IMG/VR virus record: IMGVR_UViG_3300031466_000110
Reading direction: 5' to 3' (one strand)
From: a virus
DNA length: 64,000 nt
The notes under the pieces were generated by a model that saw only the letters and a list, made by a program, of their open reading frames with translations, was not told the origin of the DNA and did not search any database. Numbering within the stretch: the stretch's first letter is position 1; every line of letters begins with the position of its first letter. The position numbers and the translations under genes are program-made. Below are positions 30,483-40,431 of this stretch, one piece after another.

Positions 30483-31772
30483 TCAAAAATATTTCTGGAG
30501 TTGCGCGATAGCGTCACCTTGCGTAATGAGCTTACCGTAACTCTCCAAGTAAACTGGCGTCCTCCGTGCGAAGTTGCCATTGTACTCCATAACCAGCGCG
30601 GTCATACGATTAACTTCCTGCATCAACAAATACATAACCGAAGGAATATGCAGATAATAATGACCCTCGCTGTGATATAGATTTGATTCGTATGGTTTCA
30701 GCCTTTTAACGACTTTTACCAAGTTATCGAAATCCTTGAAGGCAAACAGCAACCCTTGCTTCGTAAGAACATCCCCATAAGGATGACTTGCATACAAATC
30801 ACCCACCGTGCCCTTCGGATACGGCGACTTCCTACCGCGAGACTTTTTCTTAGATGACTTTTTCGGTTGCTCCGGCTCCGAAGGAGCTGACACCCCTGAA
30901 GCAGTAGGTTCAGCCGACGCAGAAGACGAAATCGGTTGAGCTTCCTTCACTTGAGAAGTTCCCCAGTTCGGAATCACCTGCTCCAACTCAAATTCTGGGC
31001 TATCATCCTCTTCATGTCCCTCGCTCGACTGCACCTCAGAAGATGCATCAATATTTTCAACAAACAGAGCACCATTATAAGTCCCATAGTCCTGATCTTC
31101 AGAAGCCTCTTGCTCAAGAAACTGCTCCGAAAGCATCTCAATATCCCGTTGCAAAGTAGAAGGCGAGAACCCCGGCACAACTACCAGCACCAAATCCCAA
31201 GTCAAGATAAGCCAAATGTCGAGACTCGATAAAAGCGAGTTTGACTTTTGAAAAAGCACTTTCGGAACAAAAAAGCAGTTCCCTATACCCCGCTCCATCA
31301 CAAACTCCGTCAAAGACATAAGCGAGTTTGCCCAGAGTGCATGGTTACTAGGCGTAACTACACCCAAACCGCCACGCTCAAACTCCGGTACCGGAAAGCG
31401 AACCTGCTCCAACGGATACTTAGTAACATACTCCACAAAGTTATCCACATGAACAGGTGCAGGACGTATCGAATTCTCCGAAGCAGACAAATTCATACCG
31501 GAACCACAGAAAATGAGCAACTCTAACTCAAAATCAACATCATCGTCCGCGTCCGCAGGATATTTCCGCGCTACAAAAGTCGGGCGCAAAGGAGCAACAA
31601 AGTCAGGGAACAACTCATGGAAGAAACTGAACAGGCGATACATATACCCCATACGCTGAGGAAGATTCATGTTCGCAAGATGAATAAAGAACGTTTTTTC
31701 CTCTGCATAATACCGTCCTTGAGTCGGGCGAATAATGATACAATTAGCATGAGTGAAGTCGATATCTGCCAT
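30483..31772 (-). CDS. Protein with C-terminal MecA-like (ClpC adaptor) domain and unknown N-terminus
   Basis: C-terminus FAFKDFDNLV...SNLYHSEGHYYL...MEY...YLESYGKLI..DAIAQLQKYF matches the MecA CTD pattern. Confidence 0.75.
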   Translation of the reverse strand: MADIDFTHANCIIIRPTQGRYYAEEKTFFIHLANMNLPQRMGYMYRLFSFFHELFPDFVAPLRPTFVARKYPADADDDVDFELELLIFCGSGMNLSASENSIRPAPVHVDNFVEYVTKYPLEQVRFPVPEFERGGLGVVTPSNHALWANSLMSLTEFVMERGIGNCFFVPKVLFQKSNSLLSSLDIWLILTWDLVLVVVPGFSPSTLQRDIEMLSEQFLEQEASEDQDYGTYNGALFVENIDASSEVQSSEGHEEDDSPEFELEQVIPNWGTSQVKEAQPISSSASAEPTASGVSAPSEPEQPKKSSKKKSRGRKSPYPKGTVGDLYASHPYGDVLTKQGLLFAFKDFDNLVKVVKRLKPYESNLYHSEGHYYLHIPSVMYLLMQEVNRMTALVMEYNGNFARRTPVYLESYGKLITQGDAIAQLQKYF

Positions 31773-31777
31773 GTCTA

Positions 31778-32881
31778 TTACCTCCTACCACCTCGCTTAC
31801 CGCGCATGAATTTGTTTTCAGGCGGCTTGCGAACGTCCAAGAAATGAATTACCCCCATGATAAGGTTCTCACGAAAGTCGAACCCATCGAAAGCAAGGAG
31901 AGATACCTTGAGTTTGAGCAGTTGAGGGTAAGTAAAATCCCGATACACCCGTTCGGCGTACCGACGATGCCGCTCTAGACGTATTTTATCAAAATTTTCT
32001 GGGATTTCATAGATTTGTTGATGCGAAAGACCCAAAAGTTGCAAGGTTTTCATATCAATGAAGGCGTTCAATGTATTCAACATGAACGAACGAATTTGCT
32101 GGTAATTATAAGATATCGCCATTTCCGAGATAGCTTTGATAAACTTTGCAAGAAACCGCTTCTTACCCTTGCCAGTAGCGGTGGTAGTGCTAAGAATGGA
32201 AACAACCAAGTCCGGTATTGAGTTACTCCCCAAACCGATAGCTTCGATGATATCGGTTGTAGTCTTAACCTCATAACCAGAATTTATCATCTTAAACAAC
32301 TTAAAGATGGACTCGATATCATAACGATAATGTTTACTCAAATATTGTACCAAATCGTCCGAAAGACGAAATTGAGGTATAAGCATATACTCATGCCATT
32401 GATAAACTTCAGCATCACTAAAACTCGAAAAACGAAAAACAGGATAAAGGTTGCTAAACTTTTTCACTGCTTGATGCTCGGACAAATGCTTATATACCCC
32501 ATAACGCGTCGTCCAATAAACCACTACCCCATACCCCGGCATTTGCTTCAAAGCATTATCAATGTCACGCTTACTGAACTTATCCACATTAGCATGAATT
32601 AACCAACGATCACAAAGAAGCGGAGCGGCATTGGATTCATTTTTCGCCTTCGTTAACTCCTTAGCTGTTTGTGCATCCACAATATAGTCCCTATGCATTC
32701 GCATAGCTTGACGCAAAGCTTGACGAATTTGCAGAACCATCGACTCGCTAGGGGTGTAGATGATCAACGAATTGGCAGTCGAAAGTGCGGCAACTACCGA
32801 AGTCACCATCGAAGGAATGGAAGATTGAACTGTAGACAACGAAACTACCCCCTCAAACGAAAAAGAGCAGGTGCAAAACAC
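31778..32881 (-). CDS. Clamp-loader delta subunit-like protein (HolA-like)
   Basis: Size and pattern (APLLCDRWLI; LSDDLVQYL...DIESI; TTTDIIEAIG...IPDLV). Confidence 0.55.
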   Translation of the reverse strand: MFCTCSFSFEGVVSLSTVQSSIPSMVTSVVAALSTANSLIIYTPSESMVLQIRQALRQAMRMHRDYIVDAQTAKELTKAKNESNAAPLLCDRWLIHANVDKFSKRDIDNALKQMPGYGVVVYWTTRYGVYKHLSEHQAVKKFSNLYPVFRFSSFSDAEVYQWHEYMLIPQFRLSDDLVQYLSKHYRYDIESIFKLFKMINSGYEVKTTTDIIEAIGLGSNSIPDLVVSILSTTTATGKGKKRFLAKFIKAISEMAISYNYQQIRSFMLNTLNAFIDMKTLQLLGLSHQQIYEIPENFDKIRLERHRRYAERVYRDFTYPQLLKLKVSLLAFDGFDFRENLIMGVIHFLDVRKPPENKFMRGKRGGRR

Positions 32882-32906
32882 CTGCCCTTATAACCTACGT
32901 CTGAAA

Positions 32907-33554
32907 TTACAAGGAGATAGGATCTTCCGCCTCCGGCGGTTTTGCCGAAACATGGAGCGGTACCGCACAATTAAAATTGATATAAATGCTGGAAATCAGA
33001 CGATTGACACCCTCTGCACCGTCAATATACTCAAACATAGCTTTCTGATCAAGCTCAATCCGGTACGGTTCCGCTTCGTCAATATCATTCTGAATAACCT
33101 CAAACTCCGCATCATCCAGCTTCGAAAAACGCTTGAAGACGATATTGGTGTCATAAATATACACCAAATACACTTCCTTGGTCTCCAGCTCGATGGCAAC
33201 CGTAGACGGCTTATTTCCCTCCCAGATCAGATTAACCATCCGTGGTGTCCAGTAATCGTCACCTTTTGGGCTAAAGAACTGAAAACGACGTTGCTGATCA
33301 ATGAAAGAATTGTACGACGACCCAAAAACAGGAGAACGCGACATCAACGAAAGACGCAGATTCGAAGCCCCTTCCGCATCCTCCGAATCCTCGACGCTGA
33401 AAAACGTGACTTCTGCCGGAACATCGAGTACCCCTCCAAAAACTCCGAACTGAACCCGCTTGTGCTTCGACAAGATATCCTGCAGAAGCTCTTTTGCATC
33501 CTCATAGTACGCCGGATAACGATGAACTCTCAAATACATGATACCCCTCCACAT
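32907..33554 (-). CDS. Hypothetical protein
   Basis: ~210-aa ORF. Confidence 0.7.
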   Translation of the reverse strand: MWRGIMYLRVHRYPAYYEDAKELLQDILSKHKRVQFGVFGGVLDVPAEVTFFSVEDSEDAEGASNLRLSLMSRSPVFGSSYNSFIDQQRRFQFFSPKGDDYWTPRMVNLIWEGNKPSTVAIELETKEVYLVYIYDTNIVFKRFSKLDDAEFEVIQNDIDEAEPYRIELDQKAMFEYIDGAEGVNRLISSIYINFNCAVPLHVSAKPPEAEDPISL

Positions 33555-33600
33555 GCTAAAAATTGATTGACAAGAGTGAAAAGAGGGGAAATCCCCCTCA

Positions 33601-35544
33601 TTAAGACTGACTTACTTGATCCACCGGAACACCGAGGTCTTCCAGATCATCCAAGTCTTCCGAATCATCGACTTCTTCCGTAAGCGCATAAGCCGTTTTC
33701 ATCAGGAAACCGAAGCGATACGAACCCTCCAGAAGTTGCCCCTTCAGCGCATGCAAGAGTTCAACATAACGGTCTTCCATCTCTTTCGGGAAAAAGTCTG
33801 GAATGTTGCGGAGTTGCAGAAGACCAGCATCCCAAGCCCGAGAACCAAAAGCATAGTTATGCTGTTGACGGAGCGTCCCTTGCAAACTGTAGCGGATCAT
33901 GTTGCAACAATGATCGAAAAACTCCTTCGCCAGCGGCGAAAGTCGAGGATAAACCCTGCTGACATAGTCCAAATAGAACTGGTTAACCGCAGGATACTTC
34001 TGGAAGTCCTCCAAAAGCACCGGATCGTTGATGAGCGACTGCGCCTCTGTCGGATGAAGCGGGAAGAAGCGATTACCCCAATCAATGGCATGCTCAAACT
34101 CACCCTGCCGATACGACGTATGATGAGCGCTGTTGTCAAACATAAAGACCGGGAAAGCGTCAATGAGCCATTGGTCATATCCCTCAGCTTGGGTGTTTGG
34201 AACCGAGTAATACTGGCAGTTATCGTAAGGATTCTGCTTCATGGCGTAGCATCGCCGCGCCACAAAGGAAGCCACGCAACGCTCGAAATTTTCCGGAGTG
34301 ATCGGAATGTCATCCGGGTTCGGAAGTGAAGTCACACAAGCCCGGCGCGTTGCCCGGATAACGAAGTTGCTAGACATGAGATACCCCAAGAAGTCCTCTG
34401 GTGCTCTCATCAGGTTGCCAGTGAAATTGTTGAACGTCGTAACCGATGGGTAGAACGCCGTTTTACCAATGACGTCCTTCGGACGAACCCACTGATCGAG
34501 ATTGACTTCGACCGAGGTGATAAGCCGCTTACCAACGACTTTGAGCGTTCCGTTATCCGACACCTTAGCATCAAGGTACAGCTCTTTGTCCTCTTCCGAG
34601 GGATCGTTCTTCGTGCGCCAAGTGGTGTATCCGACAACCCAACCCACCGATTCCGAAGTATTGGCGAACTCTCCAGCATCGAAACACATTCCATCGAAAA
34701 ATTTGAAATGGAACTTGAACTCGTTGTAAAGAGGTTCCAACATCGGACTATGGAACATGGTGACTGGTCCGAAAATTCCCAAGTACAGATTCGTCAGGTT
34801 GTAATGCTGTTTCAGCATGATAATACGGTACATAAACTGATGGAAGATATCCAGAGCGCATTTCTTCATACCCCGATCTCCCATATAAACCCCGACGTCC
34901 GTCAGATTAGACCGCATGACCTTATACGGAGGGTTCATGTAGAAGACGATAGGCTGATTCTGCTCAAGCGCTTCCCGAAGATGCGCTGGAAGTTTGCTAC
35001 TGAAACCCAAATTGTACTGGTCATAATCAATACCGTTCAAGAAGTCACACTGGAAGATATTCTCCCGCGGAATATGCGGGAAATTCGAGCGAACCAACTC
35101 AATATCCTCCGGGAGAAGCGTGGACATGAACAACTTGTCTGCCGGATAGTCGATAGTGCGAAGCAGATTCCCCGAACCACAACTGGCATCCCAAATGATC
35201 GCTTTACCCCATTGATCCCCAAGAAGCCGCTTGAGATACTCACGACCATCCACAGCCCAAATTTCCGGGGTGTAAAACTCCCCTTCATTCCGACTCTTCT
35301 CCTCCGAGATCGCCGCTCGAATCGTGTCCTTATTTTCGATACAATCTTCGTAAGTGATCCCATACCGATTCAGCAACTCGCCGCACGTTACCGCCAACCA
35401 CTGCTCATAAGGAGCCGTTTCCGGGTCATACCCCGGTCGCGGAATCATCCCGATGATCAGCGCATCATACGACGCGCCAGTCTTTTCGGTATAATAACGA
35501 GCAACGTCACGCAAAATGCGTTTTTTGAAGCCCTGTAAAATCAA
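33601..35544 (-). CDS. Amino-type (N6A/N4C) DNA methyltransferase
   Basis: GEFYTP, motif I WDASCGSGNL, motif IV NPPY. Confidence 0.85.
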   Translation of the reverse strand: MILQGFKKRILRDVARYYTEKTGASYDALIIGMIPRPGYDPETAPYEQWLAVTCGELLNRYGITYEDCIENKDTIRAAISEEKSRNEGEFYTPEIWAVDGREYLKRLLGDQWGKAIIWDASCGSGNLLRTIDYPADKLFMSTLLPEDIELVRSNFPHIPRENIFQCDFLNGIDYDQYNLGFSSKLPAHLREALEQNQPIVFYMNPPYKVMRSNLTDVGVYMGDRGMKKCALDIFHQFMYRIIMLKQHYNLTNLYLGIFGPVTMFHSPMLEPLYNEFKFHFKFFDGMCFDAGEFANTSESVGWVVGYTTWRTKNDPSEEDKELYLDAKVSDNGTLKVVGKRLITSVEVNLDQWVRPKDVIGKTAFYPSVTTFNNFTGNLMRAPEDFLGYLMSSNFVIRATRRACVTSLPNPDDIPITPENFERCVASFVARRCYAMKQNPYDNCQYYSVPNTQAEGYDQWLIDAFPVFMFDNSAHHTSYRQGEFEHAIDWGNRFFPLHPTEAQSLINDPVLLEDFQKYPAVNQFYLDYVSRVYPRLSPLAKEFFDHCCNMIRYSLQGTLRQQHNYAFGSRAWDAGLLQLRNIPDFFPKEMEDRYVELLHALKGQLLEGSYRFGFLMKTAYALTEEVDDSEDLDDLEDLGVPVDQVSQS

Positions 35545-35634
35545 TCCTACCCCTCCAATACACGCGCGATTTAGAAGATATGAACTTAGTCCACTATAAA
35601 GTACAAATAAGCGAGCATAATGAAGGGTGAACCC

Positions 35635-36273
35635 TCAACCACCCAAGACAAGGGTGTCACAAAAGAGGTCGCCCAGATTATCGAGATGCATCGCTCGGTC
35701 GATACAACCCACCAAAACGTCATCTGACTCCAACTCGTGTACCAACAAAAGAGCCGAAAAGAAACGCAACAACGGAAGACGATAAAGCACCAAATACGCT
35801 CGAAGCTCATTGGTTACCGTCGAATCTTGAGTCAGTTGCATTTCCGTCGAAGACGCAAATACCCCCGGTAGGGGGAGTCCTTTGGAATCAAACAAAAACA
35901 CATGCAAGAAGGTGAAAAAGACCGATTTATCCCCAAGCTGATGCGGGAGCAAGTCACCATAAAGCTGAAGCAAAGCCTTAACCGCCCGCTCCAACTTACG
36001 GCTCTTGTTAAAGACCTTCTCGATATGTCTCGTTTGCGTCAGAAGAAACTCATAGAAAATTTGGGTGTACTTATCCTCGCCACGGAAGGAAGTCAGAACG
36101 TCCTCAGAATAGTTGAAAATTTGTTGAGGGAAGAACCGACCGTGGGTGGCGATAAACGACTGCAAATGATGATGAAGCGCCGACATTTCACGTTGGGGCG
36201 TGCTTTCCTGCAACTCCACCGCCAGCGACTCCACCAAGAGCCGTTTCAATTTCTGTTGCGCCGTAGCCTTCAT
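35635..36273 (-). CDS. Hypothetical protein
   Basis: 212-aa helical ORF. Confidence 0.65.
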   Translation of the reverse strand: MKATAQQKLKRLLVESLAVELQESTPQREMSALHHHLQSFIATHGRFFPQQIFNYSEDVLTSFRGEDKYTQIFYEFLLTQTRHIEKVFNKSRKLERAVKALLQLYGDLLPHQLGDKSVFFTFLHVFLFDSKGLPLPGVFASSTEMQLTQDSTVTNELRAYLVLYRLPLLRFFSALLLVHELESDDVLVGCIDRAMHLDNLGDLFCDTLVLGG

Positions 36274-36293
36274 ACCTACATAATCCCCTTTAC

Positions 36294-37253
36294 TTACAAG
36301 GATTCGAGATAAGCCCGGAACTCATCTCCAGTCATAATCGGAATAATACCTTCGTCCTCCGGAAAACCTTTAGCTCGATTCGCCGCCCGCACCTTCTCGT
36401 TATGCTTTTGAGCCGCCTTGACTTTGGAAGTTGGAGCGCCTTCCTTCGACCAAATCAACACGTCACAGGCTTTGGAGAAGGATTCAAGAAAATTCAAATG
36501 AACCTTATGCCCATAAAGATTGTTCATCGTTGCCACAAAGTCCTGCTTGGAACCGTAACTACCCCCTACCGCGCGGGAGATGCAGACCGTGATGGTGCGT
36601 ACCGTGAGCGGCTTAATGTCAACATAGTCAATGGCTTCTTTCAGGTCATTCTCGTACTCAACCAAAGTCCGGTAAACCTGCACCGCCCGAATGGAAATAC
36701 CAAGCTCCTCTTCCTCGTCAAGATCTGCATCGTCGCCGCCCTTCCCTTGGATGGAGAGCAGGTTTTGCACAAAATCAACGCCACCTTCATGCAAGTCCTC
36801 ATAAAAGGCGTCAATATCATCGTAGGTACCGAACAGTTTGAGCGCCGAGTTGCGAATACCCGGAAGATTCCCAATCTTGACATACTCCCAAAGCATCATC
36901 GAACGACGAGCATCGATTTGATCGAAGATGCTTTCAGAAAAGTCCATGCTGGCTCCAGCGTAAATCGGTCCGTCGGACAACTCGTACATAAAAATGACGT
37001 AAGGATTCGTGAGTTGGAAATGATCGAGAAACGCTTCGCATTTAGATTCTCCCATACCCTTAACACCCAAGTCCTTCATCATGGCAACAAGTCGTTGCAC
37101 CACTTTGCTTTTGCAACGCTCGTTACTACACCGAAGAAGCGAAAGCGACTCGCTAATTTCAATAGGTGCGCCACAAACATCACACACCTCCGGCAAAGTC
37201 GCCAGAAACTGTTCGGGCAACGAGCTTTCTTTCAATTGGGCTACCGTAAGCAT
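36294..37253 (-). CDS. NAD-dependent DNA ligase C-terminal-like protein (Zn finger, HhH, BRCT)
   Basis: LPEVCDVCG...LRCSNERC, VKGMGE, LPGI, BRCT-like SFSKACDVLI...TSKVKAAQK...IPIMT; no adenylation KxDG domain. Confidence 0.75.
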   Translation of the reverse strand: MLTVAQLKESSLPEQFLATLPEVCDVCGAPIEISESLSLLRCSNERCKSKVVQRLVAMMKDLGVKGMGESKCEAFLDHFQLTNPYVIFMYELSDGPIYAGASMDFSESIFDQIDARRSMMLWEYVKIGNLPGIRNSALKLFGTYDDIDAFYEDLHEGGVDFVQNLLSIQGKGGDDADLDEEEELGISIRAVQVYRTLVEYENDLKEAIDYVDIKPLTVRTITVCISRAVGGSYGSKQDFVATMNNLYGHKVHLNFLESFSKACDVLIWSKEGAPTSKVKAAQKHNEKVRAANRAKGFPEDEGIIPIMTGDEFRAYLESL

Positions 37254-37409
37254 AACACAACCTCCCACAAAAATCTTTCCTAATATAAAGAATACCCCCG
37301 CTCAGGTGTGAAAAAGCAAGCAAAAAGAAAACTCCCTATGAGGGAGTATAGCCATGAGTCCTATGAGAGAAGCAAAGATACCAGTAAATTTATACTCCTC
37401 CAAGAAAAC

Positions 37410-37952
37410 TTACAATTTACGCCCGCAGGACGGACAATATTTGAACTTGAAGGAAGCCAAAATTCGAGAACGATCCGCCGTAATCACCGTAAAAACCCGC
37501 TCGTAAAAAGTAGCGATGACCTGCTTATTGTTCACCACCGACTCCATTACTTGCGACAAACACAACTGACAAGGCTCCGAAACCGGAACCACATGCGGTG
37601 GATGCTGAACCTCACTGTACATATCCGGCTCAAAAACCGACAAGTCTTCAGGTGATGGGGAAACATAATTCTCATCCACAACATGCGGAACCGCTACCCG
37701 CTCATCAAATGAAGCGGAAGACGGAGTTGCCGGATAAACATAAGGTGGATTCACCGCATGTTGCCCCGGCGGTTGATAATGCTCAGGGTAAACTTTCATA
37801 TGAAAGTCGCGTTGATACTGCTCCACGACCTTCTTCCCCAACCACTTAAACCAACGCCCGCAGTTCGAACAGAACAAACCCGTATGAGCGCCACCTTTGC
37901 GAAGAAATTTCTCCGTTGAACCACAAGCGCAGGTCGCTTTAAGATCTTTCAT
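37410..37952 (-). CDS. Zinc-ribbon protein
   Basis: CACGS...CSNCGRWFKW and CQLC...CPSCG. Confidence 0.7.
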   Translation of the reverse strand: MKDLKATCACGSTEKFLRKGGAHTGLFCSNCGRWFKWLGKKVVEQYQRDFHMKVYPEHYQPPGQHAVNPPYVYPATPSSASFDERVAVPHVVDENYVSPSPEDLSVFEPDMYSEVQHPPHVVPVSEPCQLCLSQVMESVVNNKQVIATFYERVFTVITADRSRILASFKFKYCPSCGRKL

Positions 37953-37966
37953 AAATAATACCCCCA

Positions 37967-38182
37967 CTAGGGGTGAAGACGCTCAATCTCCAATCGTTTT
38001 CCCGCATACTTTGGTTGGGTGGTGTACCAAACTAGAGTTGGAGCGCTTTCACCCAATAAAATGAACGTTTCTGGAACACAAATACCGTAGTCGAAAACAA
38101 TCCTTTCAAGTAGGAATCGAAAATCGTTTGTTTCCAAAATAGTCCCGGTTACAGGATCAACAAAACGCCAACGGTTTTCCAT
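37967..38182 (-). CDS. Small hypothetical protein
   Basis: GGAGG RBS, 71 aa. Confidence 0.6.
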   Translation of the reverse strand: MENRWRFVDPVTGTILETNDFRFLLERIVFDYGICVPETFILLGESAPTLVWYTTQPKYAGKRLEIERLHP

Positions 38183-38268
38183 AACTTAACCTCCCTCTTG
38201 AAAGGTACACTACATCCAGTGTACCGTTATACCACAGTATATTCAAGAGGTTGGCAAGTTATACCAGC

Positions 38269-39468
38269 CTACTCAGGCAGTTCTTCGAGAAGTTCGCGGA
38301 AAGACGAAATTTCTTCATCCGACAGACGATCAAGTACCTCCTCAACCCATCGTTCAAAGCGAAGCCGGAGCGACTCGACAGGTGAGGGTCTGGCTTTGAC
38401 TTCGTCCGCAAGGTAAGCGTACTGGTTCTCGGGAACCACCTTCACTTCCTTACCCGGATTACTCTTAACCAAAATATTAAGGTTGTCCGAAGACAAAGCG
38501 GCAAGAGCATTCTCTCCATAGGTAGACTTGAAAGCTTCCGTGACCTTCTCAACCAACCGCTCGTGGGAAACTTCAACATCATCCTCATCCGAAAACGATT
38601 CATCGGTGCCCTCGACAGAATCCCCCTCAACCAAAGTAGACGCATGCTTTTGCGTCAACTCATAGAAACGCAGTTGATCTCGGAAATACTGCACATACGC
38701 CGTATCGAACGCACCGTCAAAGAGCAGATTGGCGACTTCCTTGTTCCTCCCGCTCTTTACCCACATCTCCGAGGTGAGAAACGAGAGATCAACACTGTCA
38801 ATCAGACGACGATCACGATCCAACTTGATCTTATTCGGACGGAAGTCATACCCATAACGGAGCTTCGCAGAGGACATGACATACAGACCGTTGACAAAAA
38901 CCTTACCGCGATACTCGGGCGCAACCAAGATGCGCCCCAGATTCGGATCGGTCTCATAAACAAAAACATCCTTCCGATAGATATGCCCCTGCTCAATTTC
39001 CGCAAAATCCTCATCGGAAAGATTCCCGATGACCATCGTAAAGTGCTGTTCCTTCTTCGGATACTTATGCTTTTTGACGGAAAGCTCCACAATTTTGCTT
39101 GCATACTTTTTCGAGTTCTTGATGCGGAAATCCCAAATTTCCGACTTTGCCCGGTTAAAGAAAGTCACCGTTTTGCCATTCCGCAGAAGCACCAAAATGG
39201 CAACTTTGAAACCTTCACCGTGGCGTCCGATGAATTTGTCCGCATCACGCTTGCTGGAATACCCCATCAAGAGATGCTGAGGGGTCAAAGTCGAACGTTG
39301 ATTCCCCAAAACCAAGGTGTCATTGACCCGCTCATAAATACCGGTATTAGTTGGATCATCCGTTTCCGCATCGATGACATTTTGCAACAACTCACGAACC
39401 GCTTCCTTGATACCCCAATCGGGTACATAGTCCAAGGAAAAAGGCAGATCATAATTCACGATAACCAC
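38269..39468 (-). CDS. GHKL-family ATPase domain protein
   Basis: AVRELLQNVIDA (N box), G.SSKR, IGRHGEGFK (G2 box). Confidence 0.8.
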   Translation of the reverse strand: MVIVNYDLPFSLDYVPDWGIKEAVRELLQNVIDAETDDPTNTGIYERVNDTLVLGNQRSTLTPQHLLMGYSSKRDADKFIGRHGEGFKVAILVLLRNGKTVTFFNRAKSEIWDFRIKNSKKYASKIVELSVKKHKYPKKEQHFTMVIGNLSDEDFAEIEQGHIYRKDVFVYETDPNLGRILVAPEYRGKVFVNGLYVMSSAKLRYGYDFRPNKIKLDRDRRLIDSVDLSFLTSEMWVKSGRNKEVANLLFDGAFDTAYVQYFRDQLRFYELTQKHASTLVEGDSVEGTDESFSDEDDVEVSHERLVEKVTEAFKSTYGENALAALSSDNLNILVKSNPGKEVKVVPENQYAYLADEVKARPSPVESLRLRFERWVEEVLDRLSDEEISSFRELLEELPE

Positions 39469-39489
39469 CCCGCAAGACTTATTAGCTGT

Positions 39490-39518
39490 ATTTTAGCAAA
39501 TAAGTCTTGCTAGGACAA
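39490..39518 (-). promoter_or_regulatory. Putative promoter TTGTCC-N17-TAAAAT with extended TG
   Basis: Same architecture as 19370-19398. Confidence 0.5.
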
Positions 39519-39549
39519 GGTAAAGTCAATAAGTATTTACCATAGGTGG

Positions 39550-40422
39550 TTAAAAATTAGCAAGATAAGAAAAATGAGGTGTATTCGTAATCAACAACTC
39601 ATTCGTTTGCTGACGACTCAAACGACTAAACAACTTAATCGGATAAACATAGAAGTCCTTATAAAGACTACGAATCTCCGAAGTGTCATCGTAAGACATG
39701 AGGAACGAACCCTGCAAAGTAGAAAGGAAATCACGCAAAGCAACGTGATCAAAAGCGTCTCCATCCGTATAGAAACCCTTATACTCCAAGGAATAGTAAG
39801 GCGGATCAAGGTACCAAAAAGTCATTGGACTATCCAGATACTTAAGATTAAAAACGTTCTCATTACTTATTTCAACATCTTGAAGCGCCAAACCAACCCG
39901 AATAAACTTATCCGCCCGTTGACTCCCCAGATTGAGACTCCCCAAAGAATGAAGCGTGATTCCAGAAGTAGAATTACCCCGCCCCACCGAATTGATAAGA
40001 TACCGAATCGCCCCACGATCAAAATGGTCATTGGTAAACATGAGCAAATCAGCCTCAGACAAAGAAAAAGTACCCCTACCGCTCGCAGAGACACGCAAAT
40101 TCCAACTGAAGTCCTCAAGCTGAGTCAAATGCTCCGTTAAAAAGTCGTAATAGTACATAACTCGCTCAGCAAAATACCACGCATCCTCCTTCAGAGAACG
40201 CCAAAAATCATAAAGAGTAGGAGAGATGTCGTTATAATGACAACCATGTGCAACCCCTAGTGATTTGAGATACAACCCTAGAGAAAAGCCGCCTCCGAAA
40301 GGCTCAATATACCTTTCGTGCGGCGGCAAACCGTGGGGTAAAAAGGAATACAAACGTTGCTTACTACCAATATAAGGTATGACGGTACAATCAGAAAAGG
40401 AAAGACCGAAGTCAAACATCAA
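39550..40422 (-). CDS. Dam-like (D12 class) DNA adenine methyltransferase
   Basis: PYIGSK, YIEPFGGG, YNDI, YLDPPY, F...DH..L, MSYDD, ELLITN. Confidence 0.9.
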   Translation of the reverse strand: MMFDFGLSFSDCTVIPYIGSKQRLYSFLPHGLPPHERYIEPFGGGFSLGLYLKSLGVAHGCHYNDISPTLYDFWRSLKEDAWYFAERVMYYYDFLTEHLTQLEDFSWNLRVSASGRGTFSLSEADLLMFTNDHFDRGAIRYLINSVGRGNSTSGITLHSLGSLNLGSQRADKFIRVGLALQDVEISNENVFNLKYLDSPMTFWYLDPPYYSLEYKGFYTDGDAFDHVALRDFLSTLQGSFLMSYDDTSEIRSLYKDFYVYPIKLFSRLSRQQTNELLITNTPHFSYLANF

Positions 40423-40431
40423 AAAGCGACC

